From: an uncultured virus (IMG/VR IMGVR_UViG_3300012983_000042)
Lineage: Duplodnaviria > Heunggongvirae > Uroviricota > Caudoviricetes
Length of the DNA stretch: 20,000 nucleotides
IMG/VR virus record: IMGVR_UViG_3300012983_000042
Direction: 5' to 3' (one strand)
In this document: in pieces, positions 10,101-16,624 of the stretch
How positions within the stretch are numbered: position 1 is the first letter of the stretch
How the letters are laid out: every line of letters starts with the position of its first letter
Notes under the pieces: generated by a model
Seen by the model: only the letters and a program-made list of their open reading frames with translations
Database searches by the model: none
What the model was told of the DNA's origin: nothing
Translations under genes and position numbers: made by a program

Positions 10101-11255
10101 AAGTTCTAATTTATTTGCGTTATGTTCAACGCCATCTTTTAATGATTTTACAGGACCTGCAGAAACTGCCGCAAAAGCATTGCTTAAGAATGTTTCAAGT
10201 CCTGCTGGAGCTTCAACTACTTTTTTAGCATCGTGGTCTTTTACACCAAGTATGCTGTTTGGCTTTCCGTTTATAGCTGCATAGTACTGAGCGACTTGAA
10301 CAAAAGCTCTATCTTTTGCTGTCCATCCTTCGTTGTTGATAATTTCTTCTTCAGTGATTTCACCATTTACACAAACATAAGCAGTTGCGCCGTCGATTCT
10401 TTGGATTGCGATAAATCCTTTTGGTAAGAATCGATTTTGGTCTTCAAAGAAGTTGAATGAAAACTTAAACTTTTCATCATCATCAGACCCAAGAGCAAAC
10501 AATTTTGTGTATGAAGCAAGTTCACCGTTTATTTGAGAATATCTATGGCCAATAGTGAAGTCTTCACCAAGAATTCCTTCAAAAGTTGTAGCATCGATTG
10601 CACCACGGTCATCACCAAGAATCTGAACTTCAATAGCTCCAGTGTTGACTTGCTTTTCACCATTCTTGATGTTAGCATCTGCAACAAAACCAACAATGAT
10701 AACATTATTGTATGCAAGATATGCTTCTTCAGGAACTAGTGTTAAGATGCCATCTTCATTACCTTTAATATAAATCTTTTTACCAATTGAGTTTTCATAA
10801 TCATCGAAAAACTCTGGCCAGTATTCTTCATTAGTAACATCTATAGAATCTTCATCAGCTTCAGTAAATGCATTAGCATAATAGTCTTTATCTTCAATGT
10901 ATTTACCATTTGTGATAATGTGAATCTTTTCTGATACAATAAGTTGATCTTCTTTAAGTGAAAACTCGCCTTTAGTATATTCTAATGCAAGTCCGATTGT
11001 GCTTTCGTGTCTTGAAGGATTTGTAAGAACAACGTATGTGTCTGATGAGTTCTTTAACGCTTCAAATAAAACATTGTCTCCTTTAGAAACAATTCTTAAA
11101 TCATCGATAGTTGCAACTGAAACAGGCTGCCCTCTTTTAATCTCAACAAGCGGAATGTAAGTACTTGTCTGTTGAATCCACTCTTCGTATTCTTGATTAT
11201 TTGCATAGCGCAACTGTCCAGTTCTTTCACTTATATAAGTAAGGCCTTTTTTCAT
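4155..11255 (-). CDS. Giant multidomain tail fibre/spike-like virion protein (2366 aa) with tail-collar-like and internal peptidase S74-like chaperone domains
   Basis: SD AGAGGA upstream. Residues ~533-603 (PVGYMKPSIHGEAEFGFWLMDG...FIIPQV) resemble the phage tail collar domain. Residues ~1114-1268 (SSIRYK...ALQALYELPLATFQY...FGIIVEQ...LLKAAKETQERLLNLE) resemble the S74 intramolecular chaperone. The C-terminal half is interrupted coiled coil. Confidence 0.75.
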   Translation of the reverse strand: MKKGLTYISERTGQLRYANNQEYEEWIQQTSTYIPLVEIKRGQPVSVATIDDLRIVSKGDNVLFEALKNSSDTYVVLTNPSRHESTIGLALEYTKGEFSLKEDQLIVSEKIHIITNGKYIEDKDYYANAFTEADEDSIDVTNEEYWPEFFDDYENSIGKKIYIKGNEDGILTLVPEEAYLAYNNVIIVGFVADANIKNGEKQVNTGAIEVQILGDDRGAIDATTFEGILGEDFTIGHRYSQINGELASYTKLFALGSDDDEKFKFSFNFFEDQNRFLPKGFIAIQRIDGATAYVCVNGEITEEEIINNEGWTAKDRAFVQVAQYYAAINGKPNSILGVKDHDAKKVVEAPAGLETFLSNAFAAVSAGPVKSLKDGVEHNANKLELIYSQNKGVYKLEANDIGGAYEVYVSSNLLDVITNLYIASRGSNYNKGYAVLADIRFPSRQNLIGVYNSGKTGLIKQGTRAVFLKQGLFVDPTSPYEPGATYYLGSHGNIFQVPQEFYNSIVQVGVAQTEKNLVVSCDNPRKFNIGDLPVGYMKPSIHGEAEFGFWLMDGKTPHKTVDGAHLLKNLLEFYDESELDIRVRDFGTDGNPDKAESFIIPQVNYKSRFSEENTSGYVAAQIKWLPEAVYKELPRTPFVRRLIKIGGDDKKSIIPDIDITSLMIYGPDEDRMQVPELEALDIKLFVDTDTTSTSRNWTQLEPGFHTVNNFTYYGFKWTVMQLDEVDASHPYGTYVLRAVYSGTESDDTEHPDGSVLGVCMQADPFAPPVSLAGFDAKVFVTKHDYYSRQFDAENLFNNFVKESITNAEGTPFEGFAVSGGAVRKDIKYKVRTDFLSISDEENSIGTVEAYLKNIYVKSVKDNIEALDVKDIDSQTRNKYLNTRKIQSDIRLSNPSGNDVWNLDYFRGALEYYTSDTSINELNLEARIANRPLALMPYFIFKKHEEAKVADDELLKELNATDSVEYPHGIVNKGFGGTLNANQLQGAHLGYGEYIFSQNAGDTLNSEDSGARQGTGNDITIPYIQKFNNKYTMRVGNVIKHYHGTRLLDTEELSLNIAEATITKKHSFYSNTLIYRENFGGLSMKVDIENDEFDFLVGESDNDFANLKANVITPSSIRYKYLLHSYQNDNADKSYLDAYSTKDKTSTFEEPMNEALQALYELPLATFQYNRNFEKEDNYDKDSYFKRFFGIIVEQTANTSKKFKDDEVIENATSLDDVKYTYTDDEKESISEYIKLLTDDKEAGLNTNNAIGILLKAAKETQERLLNLEVSTYGKDSPTLPGADVKDSDFKANDQKSTIAGLNRLVKALCREVFQDADPTSIDSKGAWSEDSDNYSRLDMLDKEVNGENAKDDEGQSNRILLAEVSTYPDDASVTQTVETPREVVKDADNDNDFDTAQEYVKEVNYTTVDGSSDDFDGLNDAVNRIVAKLNTLTADVKGSDNIKNRPLMLDYIRQTLETILRDVYDDDKATSTALEAGAYKKTNVSRIDRLVQSLFNFDLDTVDKENTFQTFNGKELKYRVTSEDEGKKPTEVAALSPESLQEIDEVASIIDVIVALIAGDEKKLVKTNLIRWQDRDTTEDGYKVGKDNNEVVGISYNPADYFDNNKLTLNHETIVSRLDTIEKVLQLLSLKVQNQLDFRTITARTDASPYHNVTSIDDFFNYVENVFGITFEKNGFYATERKKNIKAESIKNIQGKDNKNTELDLYNIIYDAVKRIKNNEWALKYNEVVLGPDYDDYLDTNKNKETYEALGEEIPSHTKDYTVTSDMKAVLKLLYGADIEPASDDTNNHTTYEHFKTAYEKADNFTKSPAEGVSVLDCLYTQLYNVPKVVNTDGTTNNAAYDKMSGYSTLRYDPQSPRVTVATKDTTNNSLLGMGRRSKFIAQSGDDHPLSRIDILENTVSAIYKYIGFGSTKDKNYFDGYFTFGDTTDAVASELWGSTTTEGSTENNGVKVSINSDVNGGVQNRYHTLSGNRYYLSAIALQAYFNTTDIASLLYEEKPNGDRDDSPYSKGKQDAITADTKYRNVKDGKENISVLSAYADAFSSYKVITSIKKLLEYSAKIDEALMDFKKEVLEDRDVRIENDNRIWKAIGDDYTFDNTGANITRTITARLKTNEDDIDVAEKRITANENNIEAINSKLGASDDNGTVFERIGKLEVASDAITKSLENVDDDSAKFEDFKKYETGEDEVYKQLTGSTVTDVKNDKDAEGVVLATQKSVESLVSEAVAELQREMTAAIQNNRKLAAMMAYMKCDDIKASKNAIQFVRNGSDWNGYDMQERECKFKEGESSNSPTGKIIIADNSVMYCGESMIEVTLSDYVDHLMYTAYVPYDSSIRADDFYENQSFHYGSNNNASSLDDDSYIVRIY

Positions 11256-11274
11256 TATAATCCTCTTTAGTAAA

Positions 11275-13548
11275 TTAGTAACGGCTTCTTAATATCGGCA
11301 ATCTCATATGTTCTGCCTTATAACGCCAAGTTCCATCAGCAGCCATATAAACGTCAGCACCAGTATAGTGTCCTTGTTCTTCATCAAGTGTAACAGATTT
11401 TCCATAGTTTTCAACAAGTAAAGGCATACCTGAGACTTTCTTTTTATCAGTACGCTTATTCTTATTGTCAAGAAGATAAACTTCAATGCCGCTTGCGTGA
11501 ACTTCTTTTGTGTTGTTTAAGTCACCAAAAGTTGCATCCCGACCTGCATCTCCAGTGTTGTCAGCACCCATTTTGAAAATTGTGTTTGGATTTTTTATAT
11601 CTGCATTATAATCTCTGTGCATTTGGTATAATGAACCGCCTGCAACTATAACACCATTTTTATCTTTCTCAACTTTACCAAACATACCTGATGTAGCGTA
11701 TGTTTTAGATTCAAACACAAAGTTGTTATCAACATTGTACTTGATACCCATAATAGCTGCTTCCAATTCACGCAAAGAAAGCGGTACATTACGAGGTCCA
11801 TATTCTCTACCAACATAAGCAAACTCTTTCGAGTGTGTTGATGCATCACCCAATGATATGTCGTCACCTGTCTTGAAGATGCTCCTTGAGCCTGCAACAT
11901 CCGCATTCTGTGCATCAAAGAAACTTGTAAGATCTGATGATACAGCTTGTATCTTAGAATGAATGTTTATGTAATGTTCATCAGGATTTGAAACCCATTC
12001 ATCAACGCTAACGCCATTAACATCGCCGTCGTCATTAGTATTGAAAATAAAGCTTAATGGACTTCCTTTATATGTTTTACCATCGTCATTAGACCATTTA
12101 TATTCTTTTACAGCTTCAGTTAATGATGTGTCTTTGCTACCATAATTGCTACTGCTTGGTGATGATACATAAGTTGAACTTTCATTTGAGTGACCTAAAA
12201 TAGTTTTATAGATAATGTACCACAATTCATCGATTGTTGGCGACATAATGCGGCCATCAGTTGTAAGATTACCATCTCTACCAATCAATGAAGGTATCTT
12301 ACCAAGATCTTCATAATAAGTCTCCAACTCGCGACTTTCAGGATCATAATATGTGAATGGGGTGTATCTTGCTTGGTCAGTTGCTAATGCACCATTTGGA
12401 GATATAAGTACTGAGCCGATAATACTGTCATCTTTTAAAGAATCTTCAAGAAGCTTTGTAGCTTTTTCAAGGATTGTGCTACCTGATATCCCAGAAAGCA
12501 ACATCAACTTTTCAGAAAGAACATCTTTCATTGGAGATATCATTGGACAATATGGTCTTGACATCTTTTCAAGATAATCACTTGAAGTTTGACCTACAAA
12601 GTCAATATCTTCATTATAGCGATTAAAATTGTTTCTTACACTGTTATAATTATTTGAAAGAAGAAGATTTTTATGTATAACATCAGCATCTTGATTTAAG
12701 TCTTGATTAAAATCTTTAGGGTCTATATAATCCGCACAGAATGGAGCTTTAACCCATAAGTAAACATAACTTAAAAGTGGCTTGTCGCCAATTTTCGCAT
12801 TCAACAATCCACTAAAAATATTTTCGATTTCTTGATTGTTTAATATGGCGTTCTTAAAGTAGTCCCCAAGTTCTACAAGTTCATTTGATTTATTCGAGTT
12901 GAATAAAAGAGCACCTAAGATAAGTTTTAATATTCTTATAGTATGATTTATTCCGACAGTAGTATAAGCTTTTTTACCGTCTTCAAAAACCATAGTTGAA
13001 GTAAAAATCTCATCAGTCTCTTTTACATAAATATCTGATGATGATGGATTTTCATCTGTATCAACTGAAGAAGTGAACATTTCATCAACACGATATGAAG
13101 TTGAAACGTCGTGTAATGCTGTTGTAGATGATGGGCGGAAATAACCTTTCCATTGGCCATTTACCGCAAACACTGTTTTAATGTCACTAGGATATAATGC
13201 TGCATTTTTATCTTGAACATAAAAGTCGATTTTAGTGTCATTTGACTTTAAAGCGTTTGCACTAAGTCCAAGATCTGTAAGTTCTATCTCTTCAACTCTT
13301 ACTTTAGATCTTTTGTCAAATGTAGCTGGACCTATATCTAAAGCATAACGATAAAATTGCTCAAAGTTACCATTAAAAACTGTAGCAGCGTAAACGTTTT
13401 CATTTAAGATAACAAGATTATGATTAAGTTTTGACCCGCCTTCTTTTAAAAGATCGTACGCTGTTGTCAGTACTGCTGTAGGCTGCGGAGCAGATGACAT
13501 CCATACTTTCCAAGGCTTTCTTTGTAATTCAAGATCTTTTTCTGCCAT
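11275..13548 (-). CDS. Hypothetical, probably virion/tail-associated protein (757 aa)
   Basis: Long ORF with SD AAAGGA, first gene of the structural run. The C-terminal VYMAADGTW resembles the xxLRxDGTW motif common in phage fibres. Function is inferred from context. Confidence 0.6.
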   Translation of the reverse strand: MAEKDLELQRKPWKVWMSSAPQPTAVLTTAYDLLKEGGSKLNHNLVILNENVYAATVFNGNFEQFYRYALDIGPATFDKRSKVRVEEIELTDLGLSANALKSNDTKIDFYVQDKNAALYPSDIKTVFAVNGQWKGYFRPSSTTALHDVSTSYRVDEMFTSSVDTDENPSSSDIYVKETDEIFTSTMVFEDGKKAYTTVGINHTIRILKLILGALLFNSNKSNELVELGDYFKNAILNNQEIENIFSGLLNAKIGDKPLLSYVYLWVKAPFCADYIDPKDFNQDLNQDADVIHKNLLLSNNYNSVRNNFNRYNEDIDFVGQTSSDYLEKMSRPYCPMISPMKDVLSEKLMLLSGISGSTILEKATKLLEDSLKDDSIIGSVLISPNGALATDQARYTPFTYYDPESRELETYYEDLGKIPSLIGRDGNLTTDGRIMSPTIDELWYIIYKTILGHSNESSTYVSSPSSSNYGSKDTSLTEAVKEYKWSNDDGKTYKGSPLSFIFNTNDDGDVNGVSVDEWVSNPDEHYINIHSKIQAVSSDLTSFFDAQNADVAGSRSIFKTGDDISLGDASTHSKEFAYVGREYGPRNVPLSLRELEAAIMGIKYNVDNNFVFESKTYATSGMFGKVEKDKNGVIVAGGSLYQMHRDYNADIKNPNTIFKMGADNTGDAGRDATFGDLNNTKEVHASGIEVYLLDNKNKRTDKKKVSGMPLLVENYGKSVTLDEEQGHYTGADVYMAADGTWRYKAEHMRLPILRSRY

Positions 13549-13590
13549 TATCTAATTCCTTTATTAGATAATTAGTTGATGACAGCAGTG

Positions 13591-13959
13591 TTACATTATC
13601 AATGATGCAATCTTTTTTATTTTTTCTTGATATAGTTCTGCAATCTTTGAGGAGCCGTTATTGCTTGCTTCTTTTAATAAGTCTTTGAATTGGTCATTTA
13701 GTGCTATAAATGTATCAAAGTTGCTTTCAATTTTATTTGTTTCATTGTTTATAGACTCGCCCTGTGATCTTAATCCTAAAGTTCCAATATAAGGTAAAGG
13801 AATTGATTTCAAAGTCTTTTCATCTTGAGAGTATTTAAGCAACCAAACTATCAAAGTGGCTTCCCAAACATCTCTTATAACATCGGGCTTACACCCAAAA
13901 TAGTCTGCAGTATCTTCTAGCAGTTCTTTAGTTAATCTATCTAATTGTAATTTACTCAT
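13591..13959 (-). CDS. Degenerate HU/IHF-like DNA-binding protein (122 aa)
   Basis: Start moved to the ATG at 13959 (AGAGG 7 nt upstream). The sequence TKELLEDTADYFGCKPDVIRDVWEATL...SIPLPYIGTLGLR...F...FKDLL follows the HU layout: two helices, a V-x-L-x-x-F-G-T-F-x-x-R-like strand, then a C-terminal helix. The RNP arm motif is not conserved. Confidence 0.5.
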   Translation of the reverse strand: MSKLQLDRLTKELLEDTADYFGCKPDVIRDVWEATLIVWLLKYSQDEKTLKSIPLPYIGTLGLRSQGESINNETNKIESNFDTFIALNDQFKDLLKEASNNGSSKIAELYQEKIKKIASLIM

Positions 13960-13982
13960 CTTAAAACCTCTATAAAGATATA

Positions 13983-14774
13983 TTAACACACTTTGGTGAT
14001 TACATCTACAACTTTTTCTAATTCAGCTGTTGAAACAGTCTCACCGTTATCACGACGCTCTATGAGCTTTCTGTCAAGTAAAAAGCGAATGAATGTGTTA
14101 AGAGTGTTGTCATCGAGATCACATTTTACATCAACGATCTTGTTCAGTACTTTATAGTTGCCTATCACAGCAAAGTCGGCCCAAAGTCTTTTTACAAAGT
14201 CAACAAACTTCTTCTCAGTCTCTTTAGTTGCTCGTCCCCATTCATATTGAATAGTAAATCTTTCATTTCTAATTTCTTTCAACTTTGCATCAACTTCTGA
14301 GTGTTTAACATCGTTGTTGTGGATTCTTGTTATCATTGAGTCTATGTCAAGCTCAGAAGACTCTTTAGAAAAAGATTTCAAACGATTGTTTATAGCTTCT
14401 AATGATTTATCTTTTGCATCAACAGACGCTTTTAATCTTTCTGCGTCTGCTTTCATTTCTTTAACTTTGTCGACCAAATCGCCTTTATCTTTTTGAAGTT
14501 GAATGCATCTCTCACCAAGAGCTTTGTTTTCATCTTCAAGCTTTTTCACAAGAGGCTCATAATGTCCTTCAATAGTGTTTTCAACAACATAACGAATTAC
14601 TGACAAAGCTTTGTCATATTTAACTCTAACTTGTTCAAGTTCTTCTGAAATATCATTGTTTTTGTTCTCAAGTTTTTCAATTTCTAATCTTTGCTTATTG
14701 TTTTCTTCTCTTACTATTAAAAGCTTTTCACCAAGACGGTCAAGAGATTCTAAAACTTCTTTCTCTGAAATCAT
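13983..14774 (-). CDS. Coiled-coil protein (263 aa) with possible C-terminal winged-helix domain
   Basis: The first ~170 aa are E/K/L-rich heptads. The C-terminal LDDNTLNTFIRFLLDRKLIERRDNGETVS resembles a wHTH recognition helix plus wing. The start overlaps the upstream stop (ATGA at 14771-14774). Confidence 0.65.
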   Translation of the reverse strand: MISEKEVLESLDRLGEKLLIVREENNKQRLEIEKLENKNNDISEELEQVRVKYDKALSVIRYVVENTIEGHYEPLVKKLEDENKALGERCIQLQKDKGDLVDKVKEMKADAERLKASVDAKDKSLEAINNRLKSFSKESSELDIDSMITRIHNNDVKHSEVDAKLKEIRNERFTIQYEWGRATKETEKKFVDFVKRLWADFAVIGNYKVLNKIVDVKCDLDDNTLNTFIRFLLDRKLIERRDNGETVSTAELEKVVDVITKVC

Positions 14775-16348
14775 ATGTTTTCAACCTCTTTTATTTTACG
14801 AGCAACAGCATCAGAGTATCCTGTAGGTGTTTCAGCTTTAGGCAACTCTTCTTTTATAGTTCTTTTTACAGGCTTTACTGATCTTGTCTTTTTTGAATAT
14901 TTCATAATAATATCATCTTCAGTTTCTTCCATCAACTCAACACACTTTTTACATTTTGCGTTGAAGTCTTCTTGATTTATTATGCCATCACCAACGTAGT
15001 CTTTATAAACAGAGATTAAGAATCTTTCTTTCTCTTCATTAGATGACCATAACAAATATTGAGAAACCTGTGATAATAATTTTCTATCAATAGTTGCTTT
15101 AGGAGTAAATATCGCAATTAGAAACTCTTGCACAATACCTGCAATAGCAATAAACACCATCATTAGGATTTCTGCAAATCCTGAGCCTGATGACTCGCTG
15201 TTCAATTTTGATGTAATCACCTCAGAGATTAACATAAAGATTTGAGATGACTCACCAATATCACTGTTTGATTTCCATTCTTCACGAAGCCCTTGTAAGA
15301 CGCCAATTACTTGAGTGATATCCATAGGCTCGCCATTTTCATCAAGGAATGAAACAGGCTTGCCTTCTATCATAACACCGTCTTTATACTCATTAGGATG
15401 TTTGTATAAGTTCTCAAGAGCTAAAATAGTGTTTCTAATTTCTTCATCGTTTTCGTTGGACAATGCTTCATAAGCTTTGATACTGTCTGAGTCAATTTCG
15501 GATTGCTTTGCTGCTTTAGTAAAAAGATTTTTCAAAACAACAGGTGACATATCATCCATAGATGCCAAAGTAACACCAATACCTCTAGGAGCTCTATCAT
15601 AAGCTGATTGTCTTTCTTTTTTAATTTTGTTTTCTATCTCTAAAATCTTTTCTTCATCAGTCTCATTCTCAAGCTCAGCTTTATAACCGCTCAATTTGTT
15701 TTGCCATTGTTCAAAAATTGGCCAATACATATCAGCACTTTCTTGAGCTTTAGTTGATGCAGTTGCAGTACCTTCAAGATTGCCGCGTGTTAGATTTCTC
15801 TTATCAGAGTTATCAGACTTTCTTTGATTTTTTAATGTCTGCAACTCTTCTATTGAAATCGTAATGTTTGTTGTGTTTCTTTCTGCGTCTTTCATAGCAG
15901 ACCCAATTGAGTTTACTGATAATGAAAGAGCTGTTATAATTGAAACCGCAATAAGGAACTTATGAGCAAGATGCCAAGGTATAAGTGCTTTATTAAGATT
16001 ATTTGCCCAATTTTTTCCTTTAGCAATAAGACGGGCTTTAAGTTCTTTCAACATTCCAATCTTCATTGCACACCAGAACTTACCTAAAATAAATCCTATT
16101 GATATTACAGTGTAAAGTACTGCAGCTGCAATTGGAAATGTCCCTAAATGTAAAAATGATTTTGAAAGTCCACTAAAAAATGTTAGGTCAATAAATCCTG
16201 ATGCTATAGAAAGAATGATACAAGTAATTAAAAGTCCATTTACTAAAATCGTTGACTTATCAAACTTATTAGCAACAAAACCTTTCCCTTTAATCCATTT
16301 TGGAAAGTAAAATGTTATGTTTTTTGATTCTTTTTGTTTTACACCCAT
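14771..16348 (-). CDS. Multi-pass membrane protein with long central coiled coil (525 aa)
   Basis: About three N-terminal hydrophobic segments (ILVNGLLITCIILSIASGFI; FPIAAAVLYTVISIGFILG; FLIAVSIITALSLSV), a long charged helical region, another hydrophobic segment (FAEILMMVFIAIAGIVQEFLIAIF), then a soluble tail. SD GGAG upstream. Confidence 0.75.
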   Translation of the reverse strand: MGVKQKESKNITFYFPKWIKGKGFVANKFDKSTILVNGLLITCIILSIASGFIDLTFFSGLSKSFLHLGTFPIAAAVLYTVISIGFILGKFWCAMKIGMLKELKARLIAKGKNWANNLNKALIPWHLAHKFLIAVSIITALSLSVNSIGSAMKDAERNTTNITISIEELQTLKNQRKSDNSDKRNLTRGNLEGTATASTKAQESADMYWPIFEQWQNKLSGYKAELENETDEEKILEIENKIKKERQSAYDRAPRGIGVTLASMDDMSPVVLKNLFTKAAKQSEIDSDSIKAYEALSNENDEEIRNTILALENLYKHPNEYKDGVMIEGKPVSFLDENGEPMDITQVIGVLQGLREEWKSNSDIGESSQIFMLISEVITSKLNSESSGSGFAEILMMVFIAIAGIVQEFLIAIFTPKATIDRKLLSQVSQYLLWSSNEEKERFLISVYKDYVGDGIINQEDFNAKCKKCVELMEETEDDIIMKYSKKTRSVKPVKRTIKEELPKAETPTGYSDAVARKIKEVENI

Positions 16349-16572
16349 TATTAAATCTCCACTAACCTCTAAACTTGGTACACAAGTGTTTGTTGCAATT
16401 TAGTAAACTATTATTCATAGATTTATATTAACACAATTAAAATTCTAAAATTTTTACAAAAATTATATATAAATAATATTATTGTCCTTTATTATTATTA
16501 TTGTTCCAATATAGCTAAAAAAGTCATTCAGACACATTTTGTCAATCTGTCTAAAGAAAATTACACAAAAAA

Positions 16573-16601
16573 TTGAACTTTTTGTTAATATCTTTTATAT
16601 T
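16573..16601 (+). promoter_or_regulatory. Candidate sigma70-type promoter for the topoisomerase IB gene
   Basis: TTGAAC (16573-16578), 17 nt spacer, TATATT (16596-16601), followed by SD GGAGG (16615-16619) and ATG at 16625. The region is very AT-rich, so a chance match is possible. Confidence 0.5.
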
Positions 16602-16624
16602 AGATTTGTATATTGGAGGAAACA

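Noticed and set aside
13960..13989. N-terminal extension MLIYLYRGFK of the HU-like ORF
   Set aside because: It covers the SD (AGAGG) and the upstream motif. The ATG at 13959 is the better start.
16468..16483. T4-type late promoter TATAAATA and palindrome AATAATATTATT
   Set aside because: Pure A/T words in an extremely AT-rich spacer, far from any start codon, so expected by chance.
16613..16624. TTG start of topIB given by the ORF track
   Set aside because: It overlaps the GGAGG SD. The ATG at 16625 has ideal spacing and matches where the homologous core begins.
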